A stretch of DNA of 32,398 bases from a virus (Duplodnaviria > Caudoviricetes), in IMG/VR virus record IMGVR_UViG_3300030330_005657, positions 1 to 32,398 of that record; one strand, given 5' to 3'. The translations under genes were made by a program, and so were the position numbers. The notes under the pieces were generated by a model that worked only from the letters and a program-made list of their open reading frames with translations, did not search any database and was not told the DNA's origin. This document shows, piece after piece, positions 19,323-28,775 of this stretch. The stretch's first letter is position 1. Every line of letters begins with the position of its first letter.

Positions 19323-19712
19323 GTAACGGGTTTCATGCTCCACTAAGATCGTGTTGATCTCAGCAAGTAGTTGATCATCTTCCCCGATCCATTCAGAAAT
19401 GAAGTCGGGAGCTTCTTTAATTTGAGTAAGACATCTGGATAAGGCATCAATCCGAAGTCTTTCTGCATAGCTCAAATTATCAAAGAGTACACCCGCACAC
19501 AGCTTTTGTATCACTCGTTGTTGTGTGAGACGGTCATCACCATCCATGATCTTAGAGACCAGTTTTTGGTTATAACTTTTCCCATCGGGTGCATCGAACT
19601 CGATTTCAAACTCAAGTTCACGGGGAATCAAATCAAACTTGGGGGTACTTACTTCTTCGTAGTTACGTGATTCTTCAACGACTTCACGTAAATCAATCTT
19701 CTTTTTCGCCAT
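19221..19712 (-). CDS. Tail assembly chaperone (gpG-like)
   Basis: Between tube and tape measure; acidic helical protein with a ...RYFR motif; SD GGAG upstream of ATG 19712. Confidence 0.7.
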   Translation of the reverse strand: MAKKKIDLREVVEESRNYEEVSTPKFDLIPRELEFEIEFDAPDGKSYNQKLVSKIMDGDDRLTQQRVIQKLCAGVLFDNLSYAERLRIDALSRCLTQIKEAPDFISEWIGEDDQLLAEINTILVEHETRYFRGNARKSADGSAEKRVSITCPALSKDEPPESA

Positions 19713-19764
19713 TGTTTTCTCCATATATAAAAGGCTAATCCTTTTTATACATGAACAAATTTAT

Positions 19765-20280
19765 TTAGGCAAGAGGTTCAGCATCTAATTCTACAAGTCG
19801 GAGAGCTTCGCAAGACACGTTTACACCCATAAGTGTTCCACGAGTCAATGCAAAAGATTGAGATGATGGACGGCATCCAACGACGCGGTATCGTGCTTTT
19901 GCATCATCTGCAGGGAAACTATCTTGAATCTCAAGGTCAAAACCTTTTTCAAAGAAGTCTGTGATCGTCTCAGTTGCGTCTGATTCGCTTGCATTTTCCC
20001 CTACGTTCGGGATCAATGATCGAGAAACTGCGCCACCTCCACGATTACCTTCTGCGCCCTCAGCACCGTTGTTATTCACCATACGGATAAAGGTGATTAC
20101 TACATTAACGATGCGACCAATCGGCTCAATGTCTCTTGAGTCGATTTCACCGAGAACGTCAATCCGTTGTAGACCGTATACTTCATTTACAGAGACACCT
20201 GTAGCATACCCGATTGTTTGGTCACCGATTTTAACGATGGCGTTAGCACCATTTACTGCTCTAATATTATTGAAAGCCAT
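19765..20280 (-). CDS. Tail tube protein
   Basis: 171 aa directly after the sheath; GANAIVKIGDQTIGYATGVSVNEVYG...VLGEI..GCRP resembles SPO1/Twort-type tubes. Confidence 0.8.
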   Translation of the reverse strand: MAFNNIRAVNGANAIVKIGDQTIGYATGVSVNEVYGLQRIDVLGEIDSRDIEPIGRIVNVVITFIRMVNNNGAEGAEGNRGGGAVSRSLIPNVGENASESDATETITDFFEKGFDLEIQDSFPADDAKARYRVVGCRPSSQSFALTRGTLMGVNVSCEALRLVELDAEPLA

Positions 20281-20290
20281 TTTATTGCTC

Positions 20291-22219
20291 CTATCCTACG
20301 TTGATTGTGGCGACAATGAAGTTCAAAGGTTGAATGACAGAGATTCCGAAAGATACGTTCGCAGTGTCATCAGAGATAGACACGTCAATATCCTTGAAAC
20401 TAAGAATGAATCCGACTTTAGTAAGATCTCGGAGAGTGGTACTTACAATACGTCGAATATCGTTTGCTTTTCCGCCTGTGACCTTTGTTCCGATTTGAGA
20501 CTGAAGGTCTGCACGTACAGTACGTACCGCAATGTTAAGAGACTCGTTTGCAGATACTTCGCTGAATACTTTGTTGTCATCTAAGTATGTGGTTACACTT
20601 CGCTCAACATTCAAACCTGTCCCTCTAGGATCAGTGAGAAGAACAATTCCTCGTTGGATAGCAAGATTTGCTTTTGCTTCAACATCAAAGTTTTGCACAG
20701 TTTCAACGATGAGAGGTGTAGGGCGTTTGCGAGTAAGAGGTGTCCCAACAGAGGTCGCACCTTGCATACTTGCGAGCACCAAAGCAAGATACTCTGGGCC
20801 ATAGGTCTTCCCATTAGTTAACTTGATTGATTGGTTAACAACAGCAACATTGCGATCATTCAAGACTCTACTAAATTGAGTGTATGTATTTTCAACGGTA
20901 AGGTTGCTAGTTGCGCCAACCCATACGTTGCGCTCATTTCCGTTATTAGATGCAGAATCAATTGCGTGTTGTCGTGCCATTTTGTGAATATCAATATCAG
21001 TCGTCAAGGGTACAACAATGTTAACATTCTTGGCCTTTAATGAGTCGAATGCTGATTGGTACTCACTATCCGAGATTGATGTAGCTTTAGAACCGAAAGA
21101 GAGTCGTTGGTAATCAGAACTCGCAGTAAATGCACCACGTGTTTGCAAAGTGGCTTCAACATAACTTGATGTATTGAACCAGTCAGCAATCGTTTGTGCA
21201 TTTTTTGTGAAGTTTACGGTGGTTGACAAACAACTTGTTTCTGTAAGCTCGTCAAGATTGAGTCCTGTAGTCTTTCTTGCAGGAGTAGTCACTGCAAAAG
21301 TTCCTGTCAGATCCTCGTTCAAGTTTACTACGTTGTTTAGTTCTGCACCGAAGTCAGAGATATCAGCGAGTGCCTTTGTGTAAACAGGGAAAGTGATTGT
21401 TGCATCCCCATCAAAAAATGCATCTTGAGCAGTGATACTTGTAATCGAACTGAAACTTGCAGTTGAAGTTACAGTATCTGCACCAATCGCCATTGTCACG
21501 GTTTCAGTTGTTGCGACACCTGCAAGGTTTACACCTACAATTTCAAATACAGAAGCATTATCTGCTTGCACAGAACTGCTTGCGATTGTAACTTGTCCAC
21601 TTGCGACAGTAGTATCAAGTACAAGATCACCTTCTGCAGTCACTGTTGCGTTGTTAGGCGTGAGTTTACCTGTGATTACGAAGTTGGTAGCATCAATCTT
21701 AACATCCATCCCATTGAAGGTTTCAGATTGGGACGCTGTATACGCAATGTCTGCGATATTGCCTTCACCGATACCTACTGCTTTTTCAACGTCTTCAGCA
21801 CCAAGTCGAACGTAAAGATTGTATAGGTCTCCGCTTTCTTCAACTTTTACTTTGATGCGATTACCGAATACTCCATACAGCTTTGAGGAAACAAGGATAC
21901 TCCCTAGATCCTTACTTGCTTGTGTACTCCGATTCGCATTGACAATAGTCAAGGATTGTACACTTGAGTTAAGGTCTGCAGTAGGACGATAAACGAGGTC
22001 AGCGATTAACTCTAGATTCTCATTTGAGTTCAAAAAGTACGCATTTTGCTCTAGTTTATTTGTGAAGGTTTTTGGAGTGTCGGGCTTTAGTTCGGGGAAG
22101 TCTCCCACGATTGCGACAGCACCTGTACTCGCTTGCGCTGGCCCTTCATCAACCAATACGTTTACGTACACGTTTGGTCGATACCGATTCTCAGTATTGT
22201 ATTTAATAAATGAAGGCAT
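20291..22219 (-). CDS. Tail sheath protein
   Basis: RPNVYV N-terminus, YGVFGNRIKV, PLTRK, VERSVTTY...EVS and QPLNFI C-terminus are characteristic of contractile sheaths. Confidence 0.9.
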   Translation of the reverse strand: MPSFIKYNTENRYRPNVYVNVLVDEGPAQASTGAVAIVGDFPELKPDTPKTFTNKLEQNAYFLNSNENLELIADLVYRPTADLNSSVQSLTIVNANRSTQASKDLGSILVSSKLYGVFGNRIKVKVEESGDLYNLYVRLGAEDVEKAVGIGEGNIADIAYTASQSETFNGMDVKIDATNFVITGKLTPNNATVTAEGDLVLDTTVASGQVTIASSSVQADNASVFEIVGVNLAGVATTETVTMAIGADTVTSTASFSSITSITAQDAFFDGDATITFPVYTKALADISDFGAELNNVVNLNEDLTGTFAVTTPARKTTGLNLDELTETSCLSTTVNFTKNAQTIADWFNTSSYVEATLQTRGAFTASSDYQRLSFGSKATSISDSEYQSAFDSLKAKNVNIVVPLTTDIDIHKMARQHAIDSASNNGNERNVWVGATSNLTVENTYTQFSRVLNDRNVAVVNQSIKLTNGKTYGPEYLALVLASMQGATSVGTPLTRKRPTPLIVETVQNFDVEAKANLAIQRGIVLLTDPRGTGLNVERSVTTYLDDNKVFSEVSANESLNIAVRTVRADLQSQIGTKVTGGKANDIRRIVSTTLRDLTKVGFILSFKDIDVSISDDTANVSFGISVIQPLNFIVATINVG

Positions 22220-22250
22220 TTTTCTGTCTCCTGTGTTAAAAAGTAGGTGT

Positions 22251-22256
22251 ATTATA
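22251..22256 (-). promoter_or_regulatory. Possible -10 box (TATAAT) upstream of the sheath gene, inside the near-palindrome GTGTATAATACAC
   Basis: Perfect TATAAT about 30 nt upstream of the sheath ATG; no convincing -35. Confidence 0.3.
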
Positions 22257-22848
22257 CACTATCTGAAGATCCTTGTACATTGATGGTACTCAATTTAGTG
22301 GATGCACCTATATCATCAAGTTGTTCAATTTTTAGAGGTATCTCAAGAAGGTGCAACCCAGAGTACCTAAGTTGTCTTCCGTACGTTGCCAAGTTCTCCC
22401 CTCTCAAACCTGCTTCGGGGATCAAAGGGTTTGCACCAATGTACAAAATGTTTTGGAACCCCCCTTTGATAAGGACTTGCGTAAACAAGAGGACACTCGC
22501 TTGGATCACGGTTTGCAGGAGTCGAGTTGTCTCCATCGACTCGGTGTACACATTGATCACAGCTTCTTGGCTCGTGAATATATGCGCAAAATCGGAGCCT
22601 CCGTTTTGCCCTAGCCCTTGTTGATCATAGAACTGCTCACTCGACTGGATGGTGATCAACGGAAGTTTTCCTGCTGTTCTAGGTTGGAAAGAACTATCAA
22701 AGGCGACAGTCTCGTTTTGCAACGTGCTAAACATACGGTCTCGCATGGCAGTTGCCACGTGCGGGAACAAAGGGTCGAACAAGGTTCGATTTGCTTTGTA
22801 GTAATTAATCCCGTTTCCGATAATGTGCATTAGATACAGATCAAACAT
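22252..22848 (-). CDS. Putative tail terminator / neck-tail completion protein
   Basis: Position between neck genes and sheath; LPLITI and size fit this role. Function inferred from synteny. Confidence 0.5.
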   Translation of the reverse strand: MFDLYLMHIIGNGINYYKANRTLFDPLFPHVATAMRDRMFSTLQNETVAFDSSFQPRTAGKLPLITIQSSEQFYDQQGLGQNGGSDFAHIFTSQEAVINVYTESMETTRLLQTVIQASVLLFTQVLIKGGFQNILYIGANPLIPEAGLRGENLATYGRQLRYSGLHLLEIPLKIEQLDDIGASTKLSTINVQGSSDSV

Positions 22849-23651
22849 TAGGTTGCTCCTTCTAAGAACTCTAGTTTCGCTTGGATCCGAATCGGGAGTG
22901 GAGTATTCACTTCGACTGTTTGCTTAAATCGGACGTGAGTATCCCGAACGGAGTTAGGGAACCCTACGCAGATATAACTAGGATGGATGTAGTATGAGAA
23001 AGTGAACTTGGTGACGTTTTCGGGCTTCTGGTTGGCACGCCAACTAATCTCGTTATCTAAAACATCGAAGTGTATACCTTCTTCAAGTTCTGCATCAACT
23101 GTTAGATTGTTTACAGCGTATGAGCAATAGGTTACACCTACGGTTTTATTCCCACCTACAAGTGCTAGTGTCCTTCGCTGGATTGGGAAACGGAGCGCAA
23201 GAGTATTTTGCCCATTATCCTCAATCGTTTCTTGATACAGCATTACACTGTCCAACAATTCGAAACGATCCCCGAATGCGGGTAGGTGCTCTGGATTTAA
23301 CGTAAGGTTGATTACCCCGTCTCTGTACCCACCGAATCGGGCATTGAGGTAATCGCCTTCTGCTCCCGTAACCACCGCTTGTATATCCTGTGGAGAGTGA
23401 TAGATCTTACCACCGCCGTCACAGACAGTGCAGGCATTTTGATTTGAGTAATCAATGGACTTGTCGGGAGCATTCGCCCCTATATAATCAATATCCATGT
23501 TCAAGTCTTCAGTCTTGACACTACAAGGACATTGCGCAGTCTGCGTCCATTTTACATTCAGCCCTTTTTGAGCAATGAGTTTTCGAAACTCAACGTCTCT
23601 AAAGTCTGCACGAGTTTTAGTTAAACTTGGTTCGGGAAGTGTAAAATCCAT
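22848..23651 (-). CDS. Neck / head-closure protein with Cys motifs
   Basis: W...QCPC...CTVCDGGG and GDRF match the second neck gene of SPO1/Twort-type myoviruses. Confidence 0.65.
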   Translation of the reverse strand: MDFTLPEPSLTKTRADFRDVEFRKLIAQKGLNVKWTQTAQCPCSVKTEDLNMDIDYIGANAPDKSIDYSNQNACTVCDGGGKIYHSPQDIQAVVTGAEGDYLNARFGGYRDGVINLTLNPEHLPAFGDRFELLDSVMLYQETIEDNGQNTLALRFPIQRRTLALVGGNKTVGVTYCSYAVNNLTVDAELEEGIHFDVLDNEISWRANQKPENVTKFTFSYYIHPSYICVGFPNSVRDTHVRFKQTVEVNTPLPIRIQAKLEFLEGAT

Positions 23652-23652
23652 G

Positions 23653-24624
23653 TTACCTCGAATAGATACTCATTTGCCGATACTTACCTCTAAGTATAGA
23701 CATAATGCTTTTAAGTTCACGTTCGTACGCTCGAAGTCGTGCACCGTACCCTGCGTTTGTTGCGCTGGATGTGGTACTAATCGTTTGAGATAACCCGTCA
23801 ATCCCAACGTGTTGTTGTGCGATACCTGCACCCGCAATCAAGTCACCTGCCACATTCAAAGGGAGATAACTCGCTACAAGTTGACACGCTCGAAGGATCA
23901 TGGGGTCGAGATTATTGACTGAGTATTCAAATGTGAGATCACCAGTAGTTGGTGCAGTCCTCGCTCCTACTGTAATAGATGTGGAACTCGATCCGATCAT
24001 GCGGAGTCCTGCTCCCCCGTTTGCATCTCCTATAATTTTAAACTCTGGATATACAGCAGTATTAAACGTATTCGCAAGATTGATTGTTACTTCATCGTCA
24101 TTTTGAGGAATTGTTGCTGTCCCCTCTTCAAAGGTGAACCCAGCAGTGTAATCTATGGAGAAGTAAAGCGGGAAGGTTGAATAAGGTGAGAATACATCCC
24201 CAACGAGAAAGGGAACACCCGATACAAATCGGAGGCTTCCTGCCGTTGCGGACGTAGGGATCAAATTGATCTTAGAGTGGAGATGACTCCCGATTGTCGC
24301 GTAATCGACAGGGAGTTCCGCTTTCTCGGTGTTCCCTACTCGAATACTAATTTTATCAATTGATTTCAAAGGTTTCAAATCAAGAGACATAAGGTAGTGG
24401 CTATGCCGATCCTGTAGATCTACATCGTGCCTCTCCCCCTTAATGGAGAAAGGTGAGATCATAATCCCTAAATCCAGTTCTACCATCGCAACAGCTTGCT
24501 CAATAGACTTCTCAAAGATGTCATCGGGGAAGTCAGAACCGTCGTCAAGTGTAAGGTCTACACCTGCAATCGTTGTGTCTTTTAAAAACTGTACTGTAAG
24601 AATATCGAATATTGATTTAGCCAT
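23653..24624 (-). CDS. Head-tail adaptor (neck) protein
   Basis: GDLIAGAGIAQQHVGIDGLSQTISTTSSATNAGYGAR and IDYTAGF resemble the Herelleviridae adaptor; SD GAGGAG before ATG 24624. Confidence 0.75.
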   Translation of the reverse strand: MAKSIFDILTVQFLKDTTIAGVDLTLDDGSDFPDDIFEKSIEQAVAMVELDLGIMISPFSIKGERHDVDLQDRHSHYLMSLDLKPLKSIDKISIRVGNTEKAELPVDYATIGSHLHSKINLIPTSATAGSLRFVSGVPFLVGDVFSPYSTFPLYFSIDYTAGFTFEEGTATIPQNDDEVTINLANTFNTAVYPEFKIIGDANGGAGLRMIGSSSTSITVGARTAPTTGDLTFEYSVNNLDPMILRACQLVASYLPLNVAGDLIAGAGIAQQHVGIDGLSQTISTTSSATNAGYGARLRAYERELKSIMSILRGKYRQMSIYSR

Positions 24625-24660
24625 CACCACTCCTCAGAAAATGATGACTAAATCAAGGCA

Positions 24661-24903
24661 TCAATCTTCTTTCTTTTTACGTGAACGTGTTCGCTTTTTT
24701 GGTGATGATACCACTTTTTCTTCAGTTTTGGAAGTAGAAGAATCAAAAGCGAATACGTGCGGAGCGTTTGCTAACTTACGCGCAAGTCCTTCCGAAACAG
24801 GAGATAAAACACAACCATTGGAATCAAGATCAATTCGTTCCCCTGCAAAGCGAATACTTGTTGCTTGGGGTACGAGTGAGAGTCTTATTTTATATTTCCA
24901 CAT
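24661..24903 (-). CDS. Small basic-tailed protein following the major capsid gene
   Basis: 80 aa, SD AGGA, Lys/Arg-rich C-terminus; a small gene at this position is usual in this virion module. Confidence 0.65.
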   Translation of the reverse strand: MWKYKIRLSLVPQATSIRFAGERIDLDSNGCVLSPVSEGLARKLANAPHVFAFDSSTSKTEEKVVSSPKKRTRSRKKKED

Positions 24904-24921
24904 GGTTATTTATGTCCTATC

Positions 24922-26364
24922 TTAGAATTTTGCTGTTAAGTAGTTGATCCCGTCATCACCGAGTCCAGAAGTATCCGTGAATCCAGCTTGCTCAAGAACG
25001 AACATCTTCTTAGGAAGTTTAACAAGAGGTGATCCGAACAACATGAGTAAGAATGGTTTAACAGTCGAAGTCTCTGCAAGAGGACGACGAATGAGATCCA
25101 TTAAACGAACGAATTGAAGTGCATCTGGAGTATGTTGCGCAAATACAATCGGAGAGCTGTTGTACGCATCATCACCTGTGATATATACGAAATCAGTACC
25201 ACCCGCAACTTCTTTGATCTTCTTAAGAGTAGAGAGCGCACCGTCTTTTTTACTAATGTATACACGGTAGTAAAGAATACCTGCATCAGACGCATCAAAA
25301 TCAACTTTAATCTTTTCGTTGTTATTCGCTGTTGTCACTGTTGCACTAAGTGTACTCCGTTGAGCACCCTTTGCATCAATTGCAACAACTTCTACATAAT
25401 ATGCACCATTTTCAACTCTTGTTTGTTGAGTTGTTGCACCGTCACTAACAGCAGTGACCGCAGGATTAGCAAAAGTGCCACCAAAAGATCCGATATTTGC
25501 ACTTGGGAAGTTTGAAGCAGTGTGCAAGAATGGAGCACTTTCAACTTTAACTTTACCGTAAGGAGCAGAGATAAAGATATCTTGTTGTCCGAAAGTGATT
25601 CCTTGAGCAGGATTACGAACGAACATATCATGTCTTCCGTTTTCAACAGATTGACGGATCAATTCTGAGTGAATGCGTGGTTCAACGTAGATGGTGTCTG
25701 GACGACCGTAGTTAGGACTTGCGTATACTTCACCGAGAACTTCTTGAAGAAGTAAAGGAGAAGGTACAGCACCCTTAAGGTCAAGGCTGTTTCCGTTATC
25801 TTTGATTTGTTTGATGATTCCATCGAAACCGTTGCTGTTCAAAGATTCGTTACCATGCCACAATTGTTGTTCAACTTTACGCATGAGGCTAAGAGTACCA
25901 CGCTCAGTTTCTTCAGCAAGTGCATTTCGGTTGTCGCCAATCATTCCGACCATAGACGCAACGTCAGAGATTTGACGACGTTCTGCCATGTATTTGATCT
26001 TTACAGATTCACGAGAGTAGTTTCCTTGACCAGTAGCGAAGTCAGATCCACCGCCACCTTCAGCGATGAATGGGTCAAGATCAAGACCATGCTCGTCAAC
26101 ACGTACATACTCATGCAAAGTGTTGTTAACAGAAACTTTAGGAATGTTTTTCCAAAGTTTGATCTCGTCCATAGTGTGAGTCGCAACTGAAAGCATTCCT
26201 TCGATTGATTGAGGAACGAGTGCAGACAAAGAACCACCTGCATCGGGGGATGCGCCAGTTTGGTGTCCTACGTATCCGCTTGGCCCAGTTGGATCAGATT
26301 TACGAAGTGCTTCATTAAGACGAACTAAGTCTTCTACTTTTACCATTTCATTAGGTTGAAACAT
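24922..26364 (-). CDS. Major capsid protein (SPO1/Twort-like HK97 fold)
   Basis: LRKS leader site, HEY...HG, KYMAERRQIS, VEQQLWHGN...FDGI, PLAET and LFGSPLVKLPKK are collinear with staphylococcal phage K-type capsids as I recall them; SD AGGAG. Confidence 0.9.
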   Translation of the reverse strand: MFQPNEMVKVEDLVRLNEALRKSDPTGPSGYVGHQTGASPDAGGSLSALVPQSIEGMLSVATHTMDEIKLWKNIPKVSVNNTLHEYVRVDEHGLDLDPFIAEGGGGSDFATGQGNYSRESVKIKYMAERRQISDVASMVGMIGDNRNALAEETERGTLSLMRKVEQQLWHGNESLNSNGFDGIIKQIKDNGNSLDLKGAVPSPLLLQEVLGEVYASPNYGRPDTIYVEPRIHSELIRQSVENGRHDMFVRNPAQGITFGQQDIFISAPYGKVKVESAPFLHTASNFPSANIGSFGGTFANPAVTAVSDGATTQQTRVENGAYYVEVVAIDAKGAQRSTLSATVTTANNNEKIKVDFDASDAGILYYRVYISKKDGALSTLKKIKEVAGGTDFVYITGDDAYNSSPIVFAQHTPDALQFVRLMDLIRRPLAETSTVKPFLLMLFGSPLVKLPKKMFVLEQAGFTDTSGLGDDGINYLTAKF

Positions 26365-26374
26365 GGTATTCTCC

Positions 26375-26863
26375 TTACAGATTGATGTTTAAAGATTTTG
26401 CAACAACTTCTGGTGCGTAATTGCTTTCAAGTTGAGCAATACCTTTACGCAATTCTGCAAGTCGTTGGGGGTTTGAACAAGTTTGTAATTCCGCAATTGC
26501 AGTTTCAAGAACCATTGATTTAGAGATAACAACAGTTTCTTGTACTTCTGCAGGTGCAACTTCCGCTTCAGCAGTGACCGCTTTTTGGATAGGTTGGCTT
26601 GCAAGGTCATTTAAACCTTTTTCAAGATTTCCTTCCAAAGAATCAAGACGATTCACGAAAGAATCAAGTTTCTCATTGATGCTAGCAATTGATTTCTCAA
26701 CAGCTTCAACAAGAGCCTTGTTTTGTTCAACGATAGCGTCTGCACCTTTAGAGATGATTTCGACTGCTTCATCGTCTTTGTTTAATGATTTAGAAAGATC
26801 TTCGATCAATGATTCAAGACGTTGACTATCAACAGTCTCTTCAACTGGTTTTTGTTCAGACAT
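26375..26863 (-). CDS. Putative scaffold / head assembly protein
   Basis: Acidic coiled coil between protease and capsid, with many [LIV]xK[SGA] motifs; SD GGAGG before ATG 26863. Confidence 0.7.
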   Translation of the reverse strand: MSEQKPVEETVDSQRLESLIEDLSKSLNKDDEAVEIISKGADAIVEQNKALVEAVEKSIASINEKLDSFVNRLDSLEGNLEKGLNDLASQPIQKAVTAEAEVAPAEVQETVVISKSMVLETAIAELQTCSNPQRLAELRKGIAQLESNYAPEVVAKSLNINL

Positions 26864-26889
26864 TTGAACCTCCAAAAAATAAAAGATTT

Positions 26890-28041
26890 TTAGGCATTAT
26901 AATAAGATTTTGCCGAGTTTACAAGATTTAAAGCGAGTTCACGTGCTTTCTTCTCTCCTAATTGAGGGAATACTCGCATCATAACGTCTTTAATTTGATT
27001 TGTCGATACTTGGGGAGCCTTTTCGCCTTTTTGAGGCATGAGCATCATTTTCATGCGTTCCCCCATCATTTTCTCCATCTCAGACTTTAGACGTTCATAC
27101 ATTGTTTTCTCCATCTCTTTACCAAAGTCTTGTACGCTGACTTTTTCTTCTAGAGATTGAGGGACAAGTGGAGACAGACTTGCTTCGGGAGCAGGTTGGG
27201 CAGGAGTTTGGTACCCGATTGACTTCTCCATAATCAATTTATGAAGCTCGTCCATGACATCTTTGTTACAGATTTCGGGATGGGCTTCAAGGATTTCTTT
27301 AGCAATTTGCTTTGCGTTCATTAGTGACCTCGCAAGGAACTCAAGTTGCGCATCTGGATTAACAGGTGCTGAAGTAATAGCTACATTTAAGATTTTTGCT
27401 TTTGTGATAATCTTAGGGTTGACTGGATCGCGGGTCAGCACTTGTCCTTCAACTGAGAACCCGATCTTCCGATCAAGTTGAGCCTTTTCCATCGCAACAC
27501 AGGTTTCGATAATGGTCTTCGCTAAAGGTTTCTCTGTCATCAGATAACCCTCGACACGGGTTGCCTGCTTTCCATCCAAGTTGACTCGCTCAACTTTTGT
27601 GGGTGCACCCACGATGAACTCAACTCCACCTTTATGCTCATAGTTGAAGTACCCTTTATCGAGGAAGTAAGAAAAGTCCATTCCCTCCTGCAAGATCATG
27701 TCGCCTTGTTGGTCAACGGTATCGGTGGAGATAATACCCCCGATTTTAGTGCGACCCTCTTCTTCAGATTTAACAAGTCCGAGAGGAAGCCATGTACTAA
27801 AAAGCTCAATGCTTTTATTTAATCCAGAGGTCTTGAATCCGTTCTCCTTCAAAAAAGCCTTGAACTCGTCAAGGGACATCTTCTTTTTGTCAGCACGAAT
27901 GGATTGGAACTCTTCTTCTCCATCTTTTATTCCAACAATGACAGAAATCCCTTCGGGGAAGTTCTTTGGTTTGATTGTGCGGAACTTTTCAAAGAGGTCG
28001 GGGTCTTTGAGACGCGCAGTGTGGTAATTTTCGTATGGCAT
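26890..28041 (-). CDS. Prohead protease with N- and C-terminal extensions
   Basis: IISTDTVDQQGD, FNYEH (His), IGFSVEG (Ser) and NVAITSAPVNP are caudovirus prohead protease motifs. Confidence 0.88.
   Translation of the reverse strand: MPYENYHTARLKDPDLFEKFRTIKPKNFPEGISVIVGIKDGEEEFQSIRADKKKMSLDEFKAFLKENGFKTSGLNKSIELFSTWLPLGLVKSEEEGRTKIGGIISTDTVDQQGDMILQEGMDFSYFLDKGYFNYEHKGGVEFIVGAPTKVERVNLDGKQATRVEGYLMTEKPLAKTIIETCVAMEKAQLDRKIGFSVEGQVLTRDPVNPKIITKAKILNVAITSAPVNPDAQLEFLARSLMNAKQIAKEILEAHPEICNKDVMDELHKLIMEKSIGYQTPAQPAPEASLSPLVPQSLEEKVSVQDFGKEMEKTMYERLKSEMEKMMGERMKMMLMPQKGEKAPQVSTNQIKDVMMRVFPQLGEKKARELALNLVNSAKSYYNA
26896..26924 (-). promoter_or_regulatory. Sigma70-type promoter for the scaffold/capsid genes
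   Basis: Minus strand TTGTAA-17 bp-TATAAT, inside the 3' end of the protease gene. Confidence 0.55.
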
Positions 28042-28043
28042 GA

Positions 28044-28763
28044 TTATTTCCTTTTTTTCTTTAGTATACCATCTTTGAAGTATTTATTTAAGTGCCGAAG
28101 CACTTCTTTTTTATCCGCTTCTGTATACTCGCCATACGAGATAGGGATACCTAGATAGGTGAGTAATTCATCGGGGTCTTGTCCTGTGTACTCGCAAAGA
28201 TGATACACTGCAAGATCAATAGCCTTGATTCGCATGACCTCAAGTCGGTCAATATATGCATCGGGAAGTTGCATAAAGCTAAGGTAGCTGAACCGACTTC
28301 CACGCATTACACTGTTGCAGTAATCAGCGCGAATGTCAAACCTTCCAAGTACAATATCCTTGTGTCGCTCATACCCGCAGACATACGTCATAATCCTTCG
28401 CTGTTGATGCTCACCGAGTCGATACCCATGTAAACTGACGAACTCATCAAAGCAAATCTGATTGATGACAGTCGCAATCCATTCTCGAATCTTTGTATTC
28501 TTTGCTGAGGTAAACTCGTGATGTGTCGCAAAAAGCAGAGATAGAACCGTCTTAGTTGTGTAAATGTTCCGTAAACCATGCGTAGGTTGTCCCTTTCGTC
28601 CTCTAGGGAGTTCTAGGACTCTGGCTTCGTTGCATTGTTCAATCATTCTTCTTATTGTCTTCTCGTGCACCTTCAAGATCTGAGCCATACCTTTTATGTT
28701 GAAGAACATATCACTCAGATTTGCTACTCGATAGATGTCTGTGCCAAAAAACTTCTCGATCAT
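28044..28763 (-). CDS. Bro-N-like DNA-binding protein (antirepressor-like)
   Basis: FFNIKGMAQIL...TVLSLLF...KIREWIATVINQI resembles the Bro-N pattern; SD GGAG. Confidence 0.55.
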   Translation of the reverse strand: MIEKFFGTDIYRVANLSDMFFNIKGMAQILKVHEKTIRRMIEQCNEARVLELPRGRKGQPTHGLRNIYTTKTVLSLLFATHHEFTSAKNTKIREWIATVINQICFDEFVSLHGYRLGEHQQRRIMTYVCGYERHKDIVLGRFDIRADYCNSVMRGSRFSYLSFMQLPDAYIDRLEVMRIKAIDLAVYHLCEYTGQDPDELLTYLGIPISYGEYTEADKKEVLRHLNKYFKDGILKKKRK

Positions 28764-28775
28764 TTTTTCTCCAGT

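Noticed and set aside
19729-19745. Hairpin AAAAGG-5-CCTTTT after the tube gene as a terminator
   Set aside because: The stem has only two G-C pairs; too weak to call.
6860-22219. Tailocin or extracellular contractile injection system
   Set aside because: Capsid, protease, terminase and polymerase genes are present, so this is a phage.
283-28433. Numerous plus-strand ORFs in the ORF track (e.g. 12272-12835, 19961-20584, 24443-24925)
   Set aside because: They lie antisense to well-supported genes and have no motifs; shadow ORFs.
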